From positions 38,440-102,439 of the forward strand of contig CAZIOY010000003.1 of the NCBI GenBank assembly GCA_964540915.1: 64,000 nt of DNA, written 5' to 3'. The DNA is from an uncultured Ohtaekwangia sp. (GTDB lineage: Bacteria > Bacteroidota > Bacteroidia > Cytophagales > Cyclobacteriaceae). Of the stretch, positions 21,569-31,998 are shown in pieces (position 1 is the first letter of the stretch; the number at the start of each line of letters is the position of its first letter). The position numbers were made by a program, and so were the translations under genes. Below the pieces are notes generated by a model. That model searched no databases. It saw only the letters and a program-made list of their open reading frames with translations, and had not been told where the DNA came from.

Positions 21569-22060
21569 ATGAGCATGTGGGAAGAATTTTTAAAAGCGTT
21601 TTCAGTTTACTTATCTGCCATGATTAAGTTTATTTTCGGTCCGATTGGCGGAAAGGCAGCCGGGTTGCATTTAATCACCACGATGGTAGAAACCGCGGCT
21701 GGCATGATGACCGTGGTGGTAGCGTTTACCTATTTTGGTGAATTTCTGCGATCAAAAATACTGCATCGTTTTTTTCCTAAAAAAGAATTAGAAGAAAAGA
21801 CACCTAAAAAGCGTAGTGCTTTTTTCGCGAAATATGGATTGGCAGGCATTGCTTTATTAACACCGGTTATCCTCACACCGATCGGTGGCACTTTATTGGC
21901 GGTAAGTGTGAGCCCCAACCGGGAGAAAATAATTTTTTACATGCTGATTAGCGCGTGCGCGTGGTCGGTAATCCTAACTTTTGCCGTTTATTTTGGATAT
22001 GATGCGGTGATGAATATTATTAATAAGGTGCAGCCTGTGTGGTACGAGCCAGGTAGCTAA
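21569..22060 (+). CDS. hypothetical membrane protein (about 4 TM)
   Basis: 163 aa with four hydrophobic segments. No motif I can name with confidence. Confidence 0.45.
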   Translation: MSMWEEFLKAFSVYLSAMIKFIFGPIGGKAAGLHLITTMVETAAGMMTVVVAFTYFGEFLRSKILHRFFPKKELEEKTPKKRSAFFAKYGLAGIALLTPVILTPIGGTLLAVSVSPNREKIIFYMLISACAWSVILTFAVYFGYDAVMNIINKVQPVWYEPGS

Positions 22061-22173
22061 ATTAATTTGACGGATGTGCTTGCAGTTTTTTCAAGAATTT
22101 ATTTGGGACCTATTTATCAAATTGACTTTCTTAACCAAAGCCATTTACTCATTTTCTCCAAACATAAAAGCAT

Positions 22174-23001
22174 TTGCAAACCAAGTTTTACATACCACAT
22201 ATACTACTTCAGGAGTTTGTTCAATGCATCATGATTATTCATGCAGAGGTAGCAACAGCGGATTCAGCTGTCATTTGTCCCTATCCGCCCGCCCCACAAA
22301 ACTCATTGTTTTTTTATATTAATGATCGCATAAAAGTATGGCAAGAAGGCAGCACTCAGTTTGAACTTCAACCACGTAGTGTATTGGTTGGCCCTATGAT
22401 TAATCGTGTTATGATCGATATAAGCAAAAATCATAAAGCGGTGCGCGTAGGTTTTCATCCTGGAGGATTATACCGACTGATGGGTGTATCCATGGCCGAA
22501 ATGATTGACGGGCATTACGATGCTGCCGATGTTTTTGGAAATGAAATACGGGAAGTAAATGAACGCCTGCAAGAAACTCAAGGTTTTAATGCGATAAAAG
22601 AGGTGGTGGAACACTTTCTACTTCAAAAGGTAATGACCTTAAGAAAAGTATTGCCTTTTGATAAAGCTATGCTGGAACTCATGCGCCTGAATGGAAATGT
22701 GTCTATGGAAAAAATGGCTTCGCTTTCCTGCCTGAGCCTTCGCCAGTTTGAGCGAGTAAGTAAAGATAGAATTGGCATTCCTCCCAAATTATTTGCCCGG
22801 CTTATCCGCTTTTCCAAAGCCTATCGCATGCGCGAAAATTTTCCGCTCCTCAGCTGGAGCTTTATTGCTCATGAATGTGGTTACTTCGATCAGATGCATT
22901 TCATACGCGATTTTAAACAGTTTGCTGGAGTGGCTCCAGGGATCATTGAAAAAGAGCTGGAGAAAGCGCCTGTACGGTTGCAGGCAGCGTTACGTTTTTA
23001 A
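22174..23001 (+). CDS. AraC family transcriptional regulator
   Basis: C-terminal double HTH: SLRQFERVSKDRIG...PKLFARLIRF and IAHECGYFDQMHFIRDFKQFAGVAP. TTG start as in the track. Confidence 0.85.
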   Translation: MQTKFYIPHILLQEFVQCIMIIHAEVATADSAVICPYPPAPQNSLFFYINDRIKVWQEGSTQFELQPRSVLVGPMINRVMIDISKNHKAVRVGFHPGGLYRLMGVSMAEMIDGHYDAADVFGNEIREVNERLQETQGFNAIKEVVEHFLLQKVMTLRKVLPFDKAMLELMRLNGNVSMEKMASLSCLSLRQFERVSKDRIGIPPKLFARLIRFSKAYRMRENFPLLSWSFIAHECGYFDQMHFIRDFKQFAGVAPGIIEKELEKAPVRLQAALRF

Positions 23002-23055
23002 CGTGTCGTTTTTGTACTATTTGTGGCTGGCGTAAACTTCGAGATTTGTAATACA

Positions 23056-23805
23056 ATGTTAGAAGTTAAACATCACTCCCTTATGGATACATCAGCGAAC
23101 TCATCAGCGCCACACATGTTCTATAAAAATGCGTACCTCTATTTTATTCTTGCCATGGTGATAACGCTCTTCGCTTTTATGCCATCGTACTTTACACGCT
23201 TAAATAAGACGGATGGTGCACATCACTTTCATGGAATAACCGCTACCCTGTGGATGCTACTACTCATCGTTCAGCCACTTCTTTATAGAAAACGTCTCTT
23301 AACCTGGCATCGAAGTCTGGGTAAGCTTTCTCTCCTGCTGGTACCGCTTGTAGTAGTCGGTGGCTTAACCATGGTGCAAGTCATGATTCAAAAGAAGGAA
23401 AGTTACCCACCCCATGTTGTCTATCAATTGTCGTTCATCGATTTCACTACACTTTTTCTATTTGTACTTTTTTATGTATTGGCTTTAGTATACCGAAGAA
23501 ATGTGCAGTTGCATGCGCGCTACATGGTGTGTACGGTACTGGGCCCACTCAATCCAGCGATTACACGTTTGCTCTTCATTTTTCCGTTTGTTGATAATTT
23601 TGGCAAGTCATTAAACCTTGCCTATTTTTTGATTGAGCTGGTGGTGTTGCTCTTGTTAATAGATGATAAGCGATCGGGAACGATTCAAAAACCGTATAAA
23701 TTGGCCATGTTGTTCTTTGTGATTCAGCATATACTCATGAATTTCTCCATTCATTGGCAATGGTGGCATGATGCGATGGATAGGTTTGCTCACGTTGTTA
23801 TATAG
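23056..23805 (+). CDS. hypothetical polytopic membrane protein
   Basis: Six or so hydrophobic helices. The first ATG in the ORF is at 23056. Lies downstream of the AraC regulator. Confidence 0.5.
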   Translation: MLEVKHHSLMDTSANSSAPHMFYKNAYLYFILAMVITLFAFMPSYFTRLNKTDGAHHFHGITATLWMLLLIVQPLLYRKRLLTWHRSLGKLSLLLVPLVVVGGLTMVQVMIQKKESYPPHVVYQLSFIDFTTLFLFVLFYVLALVYRRNVQLHARYMVCTVLGPLNPAITRLLFIFPFVDNFGKSLNLAYFLIELVVLLLLIDDKRSGTIQKPYKLAMLFFVIQHILMNFSIHWQWWHDAMDRFAHVVI

Positions 23806-23806
23806 T

Positions 23807-24715
23807 CTAGGTAACACTGCCTTCATCAGGCAAAATCTCAATATCCCTGATCAGCACTTTCTTCGCGATGGCCTGCCCTGTTTTCGTTGCCGCTAACCCA
23901 CCGAGCGCAGTTTCTTTGTAACGGGTTTCCATGCTGGCACCAATTTCACCCATGGCTTCTATTACTTCATCTACTGGAATCACACTGCTCACATTGGCAA
24001 TAGCAATTTGTGCCGAACTATTAGCAATCGCTGCCGCACTGGCATTGCGAACTACGCAAGGAATTTCCACCAATCCGGCAACAGGATCACAAACCAAACC
24101 GAGCATGCATTGAACGGTAATGGCCACCGCATTAAATATCTGATCGATATCACCACCCAAACAATATACAATTGCACCTGAACCCATGGCAGCGGCAGTT
24201 CCTGTCTCAGCCTGACAACCTCCCACCGCACCGGATATACTCGCCTTCTGTTCCATGATGAGTGCAATGCCTGCAGCCAGCAACATGGCTTCTAAAATTT
24301 TCTTGTCATCCACTTTATGAATCTCCTGAAGCGTGAAAAGAACGCCCGGCATAATGCCCGAAGCGCCTGCTGTGGGCGCGGCCACAATTCTGCCCATGCA
24401 TGAGTTCACTTCTTTTGCCGCAAGTGCGCGTGAGATCAGGTTTTGAAATTCTTTAGAGAGCACCGTTACCGGATGGCGATATACTTTTTTAGCTCCATTG
24501 TTAATCATACCCGAGCGTGAAGTCATGTCTTCGGTTAATCCCGTCTGCACGGCATCCTTCATCACTTCCCACGCTTTCCCAAGACCGTCCCAAATTTGTT
24601 GCTCGGTGCGACCCTTTTGTTCTTTTTCATAATCCAACACCGCCTGCACCACTGAAATATTTTGTTGCGTGCAATGATTTTTCCAGCCCTCAAATGAATC
24701 AAACAGAAAAGCCAT
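23807..24715 (-). CDS. sdaAA: L-serine ammonia-lyase (iron-sulfur dependent), alpha subunit
   Basis: 302 aa. APTAGASGIMPG and the GGCQAE motif typical of the Fe-S serine dehydratase alpha chain. Confidence 0.85.
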   Translation of the reverse strand: MAFLFDSFEGWKNHCTQQNISVVQAVLDYEKEQKGRTEQQIWDGLGKAWEVMKDAVQTGLTEDMTSRSGMINNGAKKVYRHPVTVLSKEFQNLISRALAAKEVNSCMGRIVAAPTAGASGIMPGVLFTLQEIHKVDDKKILEAMLLAAGIALIMEQKASISGAVGGCQAETGTAAAMGSGAIVYCLGGDIDQIFNAVAITVQCMLGLVCDPVAGLVEIPCVVRNASAAAIANSSAQIAIANVSSVIPVDEVIEAMGEIGASMETRYKETALGGLAATKTGQAIAKKVLIRDIEILPDEGSVT

Positions 24716-24856
24716 ATGTATTTTTTACGAAGTTCGACTGTAAAACAGTGCTTTTCAAACGTTTGAATGAATATTTTGGTTAAGACCCCTCCCACTTCAA
24801 ACGGTTTATATAAAGTAGCTTTTTCAGTTTGTTAAATAATGCGTATTTGAGGGTAG

Positions 24857-25288
24857 ATGATTGAATTAATCGCTTTGATTCTGTTCACAGGTGCCGAGCC
24901 GGTGCCGATTACCCAGGAAAAAAATTTCTGGCATGTGCTGGCCGAAGTAGGTTTTAGAAAAGAGAAGAAGAACGGATATGAAATGGAAGTGCCGTTGTTC
25001 AGTGCTCACTTGAAAAGCTGGGATGGAAAAAAGATTAAAGTGAAAGGTTATGTGATTCCAGTGGGTGAAGTGGGCGATGAAAGCAAATTCATGTTCTCAT
25101 CGCTGCCGTTTAATGTTTGCTATTTCTGCGGGGCAGCTGGCCCCGAAACCATCATGGAAGTAGAATCAACACAAAAAGTGAAATTTACTTCGCAAGCAAT
25201 TTGGATGGAAGGCATTTTGCGACTCAATGAAAAAGATCCTGATCGACATATTTATATTTTAAAAGCCGCAAAAGTTATTACACCATGA
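24857..25288 (+). CDS. hypothetical protein (DUF3299-like by eye)
   Basis: 143 aa. KVKGYVIPV...FMFSSLPFNVCYFCG. Its stop overlaps the start of the next gene (ATGA). Confidence 0.45.
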   Translation: MIELIALILFTGAEPVPITQEKNFWHVLAEVGFRKEKKNGYEMEVPLFSAHLKSWDGKKIKVKGYVIPVGEVGDESKFMFSSLPFNVCYFCGAAGPETIMEVESTQKVKFTSQAIWMEGILRLNEKDPDRHIYILKAAKVITP

Positions 25289-26658
25289 TGAAGACCCTTG
25301 TTATTTCTTTCTTACTGCTCGTAAGCCTGACCACATTCTCACAGACATCCGATGAAGCTGTGATCAAACAAATTTTTGACCTTGCGCTGAGCAAAGGCAA
25401 ATCGTATGAAATGCTTTATGATCTTTCTGTGAATGTGGGGCCGCGACTTTCCGGCTCACCGGGTGCTGCGGCCGGAGTGGAGTGGAGCCGTAATGCAATG
25501 AAGCAATTAGGTTTTGATTCGGTGTGGTTGCAACCGGTGATGGTGCCACACTGGGTGCGTGGTGAAAAAGAGATTGGTCGCATTATTTCAAAACGTGCCG
25601 GAACGGTGACGGTGAATGTTTGTGCATTGGGTGGATCGATTGGCACGGGCTCATCGGGTATTTCGGCAAACGTAATTGAAGTGAAAAATTTTGATGAATT
25701 AAAAACTCTTGGCGCCAAAGGTGTTCAAGGAAAGATTGTCTTTTTTAATCGTCCAATGGATCCAACGAAGATCAACACATTTGGAGGATATGGTGGTGCC
25801 GTAGATCAACGTGCCACGGGTGCATCTGAAGCTGCGAAGCTTGGAGCCATTGCTGTGCTGGTGCGATCAATGGGTTCTAACCTTGAAGATTATCCTCACA
25901 CTGGTGGAATGAGATATGCTCCCAATGTGGTTAAGATACCAGCGCTTGCAATCAGTACGAGTCATGCGGAATTACTCAGCCAACATTTGAAAGATGAAAA
26001 GGATCTTACCTTTTATATGGAGAACCACAGCGAAACATTAGAAGATACTCCATCATTTAATGTGATAGGTGAAATGAAAGGAAGTGAATTTCCTGAGGAG
26101 TTTATTGTGGTCGGAGGCCATCTTGATTCATGGGATCTTGGTCAGGGCGCGCATGACGATGGAGCCGGTTGCGTGCAGTCGATCGAAGTACTTCGACTAT
26201 TTAAAACGATGGGATACAAACCTAAACGCACGATTCGCGCGGTGATGTTCATGAATGAAGAGAATGGTTTGCGAGGAGGAATTAAGTATGCAGAAGAAGC
26301 TGAAAGGAAAAAAGAGAAACACCTCGCTGCTATTGAATCAGATCGTGGAGGTTTTGTGCCCCGCGGCTTCACCGTGCCTACTGAAGAAAAAGCAAAAGAA
26401 CGTGTGCGCAGTTGGAAGCCCTTGCTGGAACCTTACGGACTTTCTGATTTCAGTCAGGAGGGTGGCGGTGCAGACATTGGTCCGTTAGCGAATCAGGGAG
26501 TTGCCTTGTTAGGATTTTTACCCGACTCACAACGTTATTTCAACTATCATCATACGGCAGAAGACACGATCGACAAAGTGGATAAACGCGAACTGGAGTT
26601 AGGTTCGGCTTCTATGACTGCGTTGGTGTACTTGATTGATAAATATGGGTTGAAATAG
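25285..26658 (+). CDS. M28 family metallopeptidase with PA domain, secreted
   Basis: Signal peptide, GGHLDSWDLGQGAHDDGAG, NEENGLRG, and a C-terminal HHTAEDT metal ligand region. Confidence 0.85.
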   Translation: MMKTLVISFLLLVSLTTFSQTSDEAVIKQIFDLALSKGKSYEMLYDLSVNVGPRLSGSPGAAAGVEWSRNAMKQLGFDSVWLQPVMVPHWVRGEKEIGRIISKRAGTVTVNVCALGGSIGTGSSGISANVIEVKNFDELKTLGAKGVQGKIVFFNRPMDPTKINTFGGYGGAVDQRATGASEAAKLGAIAVLVRSMGSNLEDYPHTGGMRYAPNVVKIPALAISTSHAELLSQHLKDEKDLTFYMENHSETLEDTPSFNVIGEMKGSEFPEEFIVVGGHLDSWDLGQGAHDDGAGCVQSIEVLRLFKTMGYKPKRTIRAVMFMNEENGLRGGIKYAEEAERKKEKHLAAIESDRGGFVPRGFTVPTEEKAKERVRSWKPLLEPYGLSDFSQEGGGADIGPLANQGVALLGFLPDSQRYFNYHHTAEDTIDKVDKRELELGSASMTALVYLIDKYGLK

Positions 26659-26663
26659 TCAAT

Positions 26664-28304
26664 TCAAATTTCAGGGACTTCTATCGTAAACGTGGAGCCT
26701 TTTCCATATTCTGACTTCAAACTGATTTTGGCTCCGATTTTTTGAGCTGATTCTCTGGCAATGTAGAGGCCAAGGCCCGATCCTTTTGAGTTATCGGATG
26801 CGCGGAAAAACATTTCGAAAATTTTTGGATTCCACTCCGGCCGGATTCCTTCACCATTATCCTCCACATCAATCAAGGTATTTTTTGAATCGCGCCTCGA
26901 AGATATTTTAATTATGGATTTATGACCGGGCGTTCTTTTTTGAAATCGAATGGCATTTGAAATGAGGTTGCTTAAAATTATCTTCAGCCTTACTTTATCC
27001 TGTTGGATAGTGCTTTGCTGCAGTTCATTTAAATCCACTTCTATATTGGCAAAATCATCCATGTATTTGAGATTATCTAAAATCTCCTGACAAAGTTCTT
27101 TCAGTTCAACCTGCTCGGCCGAAATACTCGTGCGCTTATTTCTTGAGTAGTCCAGAATTTCATTAATGAATGAATCCAATTTGAGAACGCTCTTTTCAAT
27201 TTGGTTGAGATAGACTTCCGCTGACTGCGGACTTGAATCCATTTTGCTGATGGTAACAAGGCCGAGAATGGATTTGAGCGGAGCGCTTAGATCGTGTGAA
27301 GCGCTATAAACAAAACGGTCCAGTTCTTTATTGGTGTTTTCAAGTTCCTGATTTTGAAGATGAAGTTGCTTTTCAGCGATTTGCAAATCGGTAATCACGC
27401 GTCCGGTAATGGCTACAAAGAGTGAAAGCAGCAGATTGCCAAGGAAAATGGAATACAGTGGATCATCTCCGTTGAATAGTAGCGTAGGCGATTTTGAAAA
27501 GTAGGATGGTAATACGTAGGTAACCATGAAAACAAAAAGATTACAAAAGGCAGCCTCTCCGAAACCGAAGCGGATAGCCACATATAGAGAGATGATTCCG
27601 TAAGCAAACCAATACTTTTCAAAAGGAATGAGTAACGAGAGCGCAACCAGAGAGCAATAGATTATTCCAATCTCTACCCTTTTAATGGTACTGGAAGTCG
27701 CAGGTCTGGCGAGCAGTTGATCGGGAGGTTCCAAGAGCCAACCGTTTCGTTGCATGAAAGGAGTAATGGAATAAAGTAATGGAAGGGTGATTCCGAAAAT
27801 GGCCATAAATTCTCCCAACCAGTTTCGCAGAAAGGACTCTCCGAAATCAGTAATGGATTGTTGACCAAAATACGTAAGCGTGTATTGCAATAAGATAAGT
27901 TCAAAGACAAGAGGTATCAGTAAAGCAAATACAATGAATAATATTAGCTGACGAGTGGTTGGCAACCAATACTGACCCTTCACTAATTTTCTGAAAAGAT
28001 AAAATGAGAGGATTACGCCAATCACTTCTGAAGCGGATAACGCGGGCCAGAGCCACCATTCTTCAACTCCCCAGTAGTAGGTATTGAGGGTGGTGATCAT
28101 GTACATAGCGGGAATCACCCGTGCCACACCCCACCAGTTAATCAACACAACTGCAATGGCAGTAGGAATATAAAATGAACTTACTCCCTGATCGTGTTTG
28201 AATAGCAGTGCGATTTGACTCGCTAAATGAAAAAGAACAAATGGAGCCAACCATGTCCACCAGGGCAGTTTGTTTTGGGAATCAATGGTCTTAGTTAAAT
28301 TCAA
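26664..28304 (-). CDS. sensor histidine kinase with a multi-TM N-terminal sensor domain
   Basis: About 300 aa of 8 or more TM helices, a coiled-coil, H-box SASHDLSAPL, N-box SNLISNAIRF, and G-boxes DNGEGI, GSGLGL. Confidence 0.85.
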   Translation of the reverse strand: MNLTKTIDSQNKLPWWTWLAPFVLFHLASQIALLFKHDQGVSSFYIPTAIAVVLINWWGVARVIPAMYMITTLNTYYWGVEEWWLWPALSASEVIGVILSFYLFRKLVKGQYWLPTTRQLILFIVFALLIPLVFELILLQYTLTYFGQQSITDFGESFLRNWLGEFMAIFGITLPLLYSITPFMQRNGWLLEPPDQLLARPATSSTIKRVEIGIIYCSLVALSLLIPFEKYWFAYGIISLYVAIRFGFGEAAFCNLFVFMVTYVLPSYFSKSPTLLFNGDDPLYSIFLGNLLLSLFVAITGRVITDLQIAEKQLHLQNQELENTNKELDRFVYSASHDLSAPLKSILGLVTISKMDSSPQSAEVYLNQIEKSVLKLDSFINEILDYSRNKRTSISAEQVELKELCQEILDNLKYMDDFANIEVDLNELQQSTIQQDKVRLKIILSNLISNAIRFQKRTPGHKSIIKISSRRDSKNTLIDVEDNGEGIRPEWNPKIFEMFFRASDNSKGSGLGLYIARESAQKIGAKISLKSEYGKGSTFTIEVPEI

Positions 28305-28416
28305 AATAATTCTGGATTATGACTAAGATATAACTTTGTTGGAAGACTATAAAGCCCATAAACGAAATGTGCCAGTTTAACCCGGCATATTCCATTTAAA
28401 ACTTGTCAAAAAGAAA

Positions 28417-31296
28417 TCATGCCGTGACAGATTCTTCACTTTTTGAATACTCTTCCATAGGCAAACAACTGCACACCAGATTACGATCACCATAGGCATT
28501 ATCGACTCTACTCACCGTAGGCCAGAACTTTGTCTCCTTCACAAATGCAAGAGGATAAGCAGCTTTCTGTCTGCTATAAGGTCTTGTCCATGCATCGGCT
28601 GTAATGATCGAAGCGGTATGAGGTGCATGCTTCAATACGTTATTTTCGTTATCGGCTTTGCCTTCTTCCACTTCACGGATTTCATTTCTGATTTCAACCA
28701 ACGCATCAACAAAGCGGTCCATTTCTGCTTTTGGTTCGCTTTCAGTTGGCTCGATCATTAATGTGCCGGCAACAGGAAAAGAAACGGTTGGTGCATGGAA
28801 TCCATAATCCATCAAACGCTTGGCGATGTCTTCCACCTCCACACCTGATTTTTTGAAATCGCGACAATCTACAATCATCTCGTGCGCGCAGCGACCATTG
28901 GTGCCGGTGTAAAGTATTTTATAATGACCATTCAATCTCTCCTTAATGTAGTTGGCATTTAAGATTGCCAGTTTGGTGGCGTTGGTTAATCCCTCGCCTC
29001 CCATCATAGCAATGTATGCATATGAAATCACCAGGATACTGGCACTGCCCCAGGGTGCTGCGGAAACTGCCGTGATGGCATGCTCTCCACCCGTTTTCAC
29101 AACTGCGTGACCCGGTAAGAATGGTTTCAATTTATCATTCACACAAATAGGGCCCATGCCAGGGCCACCACCACCGTGAGGAATGCAAAATGTTTTATGC
29201 AGATTCAGGTGACACACATCAGCACCAATGTTTGCAGGAGACGTTAATCCTACCTGTGCATTCATGTTGGCACCATCCATGTACACCAATCCGCCATGAG
29301 CGTGAATGGTCTCACAGATGTGGGTGATCGCTTCTTCAAATACTCCGTGTGTGGATGGATACGTTACCATCAGACAGGAAAGGTTGTCTTTGTATTGTGC
29401 TGCCTTCGCTTTCAGATCAGCCACATCAATTTTTCCTTCTTCATCTGATTTTACAACCACTACATCCATACCTGCCATTACTGCACTGGCAGGATTCGTG
29501 CCGTGTGCGGATGCGGGTATCAATGCAATATTTCTGTGATGATCTTTTCTTTTTTGGTGATACGCTCTGATCACCAGTAAGCCGGCATACTCACCCTGTG
29601 CACCGCTGTTCGGTTGCAGTGAAACTCCTGTGAAGCCGGTGATTTCTTTCAACCAGTTTTCCAGATTGGCAATCATATGTTGATAACCTTCCGTCTGACT
29701 GGCGGGGGCAAACGGATGAAGGCCGCCCAACTCTGGCCATGTAACCGGAATCATTTCAGAGGTAGCATTCAACTTCATTGTGCATGAGCCCAATGAAATC
29801 ATCGAGTGCACCATCGATAAATCTTTGTTTTCTAATTTTTTGATATAGCGTAACATCTCATGCTCGGAGTGATGCGAATTGAATACCGGATGCGTGAGGA
29901 AGTTGGTAGAACGGATTAGTGATGCAGGCCAATTCAGTTCGCTCACAGATTCTTTCTTCACAGAAGCGTTACCTGCAAACAATGAAATAATATTTTCAAC
30001 ATCCTGAAGTGTGGTGGTTTCGTCCAAGGAAATTCCAATGTGGTTATCATTGAAATTTTTAAAGTTGATTTCGGCTGCATCTGCTTTTTGCTGAATGGCT
30101 TTTTTATCAGCAACAGCAACCTTGATCGTATCGAAATAATTTTTGTTTACTTGTTTGATGCCTGCAGCAGCAAGTCCTTTTTCAAGAAGTTGAGTAAGGC
30201 CCTGAATACGTCCTGCGATTTTCTTCAAACCTTCCGGTCCGTGATAAACCGCATACATACTTGCCATCACTGACAATAATACCTGTGCCGTACAAATATT
30301 TGAAGTTGCTTTCTCTCTGCGAATGTGTTGCTCACGGGTTTGCAACGCCATGCGATACGCAGGGTTACCTTGCGCGTCAATGGATAGTCCAATGATCCTT
30401 CCCGGAATTTGTCTTTTGAATTCTTCTTTGGTTGCAAAGAATGCAGCATGAGGTCCACCAAAACCCATGGGCACTCCGAAGCGTTGTGAGTTACCGACTA
30501 CCACATCGGCACCCATTTCGCCAGGTGATTTCAGGAAGAGTAAACTCATCAGATCAGCGCCCATCACAACGAACACTTCTTTCTCATGGGCCGAAGCGAT
30601 GAACGCAGTGTGGTCTTTAATCTCACCATTGTTATCCGGGTTTTGCAGATACAGCGCAAACAAATCAGCATTGGTAATGTCCAGTGATGCAGCATTTCCA
30701 ATTTCCAATTTTATACCGATAGGTTCTGATCTTGTTTTAAGCAAATCAATTACCTGTGGAAAAGCATTCTCATCCACGAAGAAAGTGTTTGCATTTTTCT
30801 TATTGCCTTTACGTGAAGCGTACAACAAGTGCATCGCTTCCGCAGCAGCGGTGGCTTCATCCAACAAAGATGCGTTGGCGATTTCCATTCCCGTAAGGTC
30901 GATGATCATTGTTTGATAATTGATCAACGCTTCCATGCGGCCCTGTGCGATTTCTGCCTGATAGGGAGTGTAAGCGGTGTACCACCCCGGATTCTCCAAA
31001 ATGTTTCTAAGAATAACTCCTGGTGTGATACAATTATAATACCCTGTGCCGATATACGATTTGTAGATCTTATTCTTCGACATCAGTTTTTTAAAGTCTC
31101 TTAGAAACTCGAACTCAGATTGTGCCGCGGGCAACTGCAATGCTTTTTTCAGACGAATGTTGGCCGGCACGGTTTGGTCTATCAGTTCATCCACCGAAGA
31201 AGCCTTTACCACCTTTAGCATTTCAGCGATTTGTGACGCGCTGGGCGCATTGTGGCGGGCTTCAAACTTTTCTGAGTAATGAGGATTGATTGTCAT
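28417..31296 (-). CDS. gcvP: glycine dehydrogenase (decarboxylating), glycine cleavage system P protein
   Basis: 959 aa from the ATG at 31296. Single-chain P protein with FEARHNAP..., YTPYQAEI and the PLP-lysine region [16 protein letters not shown]. Confidence 0.95.
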   Translation of the reverse strand: MTINPHYSEKFEARHNAPSASQIAEMLKVVKASSVDELIDQTVPANIRLKKALQLPAAQSEFEFLRDFKKLMSKNKIYKSYIGTGYYNCITPGVILRNILENPGWYTAYTPYQAEIAQGRMEALINYQTMIIDLTGMEIANASLLDEATAAAEAMHLLYASRKGNKKNANTFFVDENAFPQVIDLLKTRSEPIGIKLEIGNAASLDITNADLFALYLQNPDNNGEIKDHTAFIASAHEKEVFVVMGADLMSLLFLKSPGEMGADVVVGNSQRFGVPMGFGGPHAAFFATKEEFKRQIPGRIIGLSIDAQGNPAYRMALQTREQHIRREKATSNICTAQVLLSVMASMYAVYHGPEGLKKIAGRIQGLTQLLEKGLAAAGIKQVNKNYFDTIKVAVADKKAIQQKADAAEINFKNFNDNHIGISLDETTTLQDVENIISLFAGNASVKKESVSELNWPASLIRSTNFLTHPVFNSHHSEHEMLRYIKKLENKDLSMVHSMISLGSCTMKLNATSEMIPVTWPELGGLHPFAPASQTEGYQHMIANLENWLKEITGFTGVSLQPNSGAQGEYAGLLVIRAYHQKRKDHHRNIALIPASAHGTNPASAVMAGMDVVVVKSDEEGKIDVADLKAKAAQYKDNLSCLMVTYPSTHGVFEEAITHICETIHAHGGLVYMDGANMNAQVGLTSPANIGADVCHLNLHKTFCIPHGGGGPGMGPICVNDKLKPFLPGHAVVKTGGEHAITAVSAAPWGSASILVISYAYIAMMGGEGLTNATKLAILNANYIKERLNGHYKILYTGTNGRCAHEMIVDCRDFKKSGVEVEDIAKRLMDYGFHAPTVSFPVAGTLMIEPTESEPKAEMDRFVDALVEIRNEIREVEEGKADNENNVLKHAPHTASIITADAWTRPYSRQKAAYPLAFVKETKFWPTVSRVDNAYGDRNLVCSCLPMEEYSKSEESVTA

Positions 31297-31404
31297 GGTA
31301 TTTTGTATCTCAAGTAAATAACCTCGTGGATAAGGAAAAGTTTCGAGCTTTAGCATTGAGTTGCAAGTCTTGCAACTCGCAGCTCAGTGCTCAAAGCTTA
31401 ATGA

Positions 31405-31824
31405 TTAGAACCGTTCAAATTGTGAAAAGAAAAAGTTGCCTTCGATGGCAGCGTTTTCATCAGAGTCGGAGCCGTGAACGGCATTGGCGTCAATTGACTT
31501 GGCAAACAATGCGCGGATAGTGCCCGGAGCTGCTTTCTTAGGATCCGTAGCGCCAATCAGTTTGCGGAAATCTTCCACCGCGTTGTCTTTCTCCAGAATC
31601 ATCGGCACAATCGGGCCGCCTGACATATAAGCGCAAAGTTCTCTGTAAAAAGAACGCTCTTTGTGGATTTCATAGAATTTGCCGGCCAGTTCTGAGCTCA
31701 GCTGCGCCTTTTTCATGGCCACAATGCGAAAGCCTGCCTCTTCTATCATTTTTGTTATTGCACCGGTGTTACCAGCCAAGGTAGCGTCTGGCTTGATCAT
31801 CGTAAAAGTTCTGTTTCCTGCCAT
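31405..31824 (-). CDS. ndk: nucleoside-diphosphate kinase
   Basis: 139 aa. [17 protein letters not shown] active-site His. Confidence 0.95.
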   Translation of the reverse strand: MAGNRTFTMIKPDATLAGNTGAITKMIEEAGFRIVAMKKAQLSSELAGKFYEIHKERSFYRELCAYMSGGPIVPMILEKDNAVEDFRKLIGATDPKKAAPGTIRALFAKSIDANAVHGSDSDENAAIEGNFFFSQFERF

Positions 31825-31883
31825 TTTATATGATTATTTATAGTTTCAGATGGGTTTAAAATCGGGCGCAAAATTAGCTTTTT

Positions 31884-31911
31884 AGTCCATAGTCCATAGT
31901 TAGAAGTCCAT
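31884..31911. repeat. 28-nt AGT-heptamer element: AGTCCAT AGTCCAT AGT TAGA AGTCCAT
   Basis: Tandem heptamer, then AGT, a 4-nt spacer and a third heptamer. Same plan as the element at 56964-56991. Confidence 0.6.
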
Positions 31912-31998
31912 TGTTTTTTGACGATTTATTCAAATGCCCGTCTGCCTTTGAATTCAGGCTATGCACTCACAATTAAAATTGCCATTTTTGCCCCCTCA

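Noticed and set aside
31297-31404. Possible glycine riboswitch or other leader element upstream of gcvP. A perfect 10-bp palindrome, GAGTTGCAAG-T-CTTGCAACTC, sits at about 31358-31378.
   Set aside because: I could not find the conserved glycine-aptamer core sequences. The spacer is only 108 nt. The hairpin lies right after the ndk stop, so it is more simply the ndk terminator or an RNA-stability hairpin, although it lacks a T-run.
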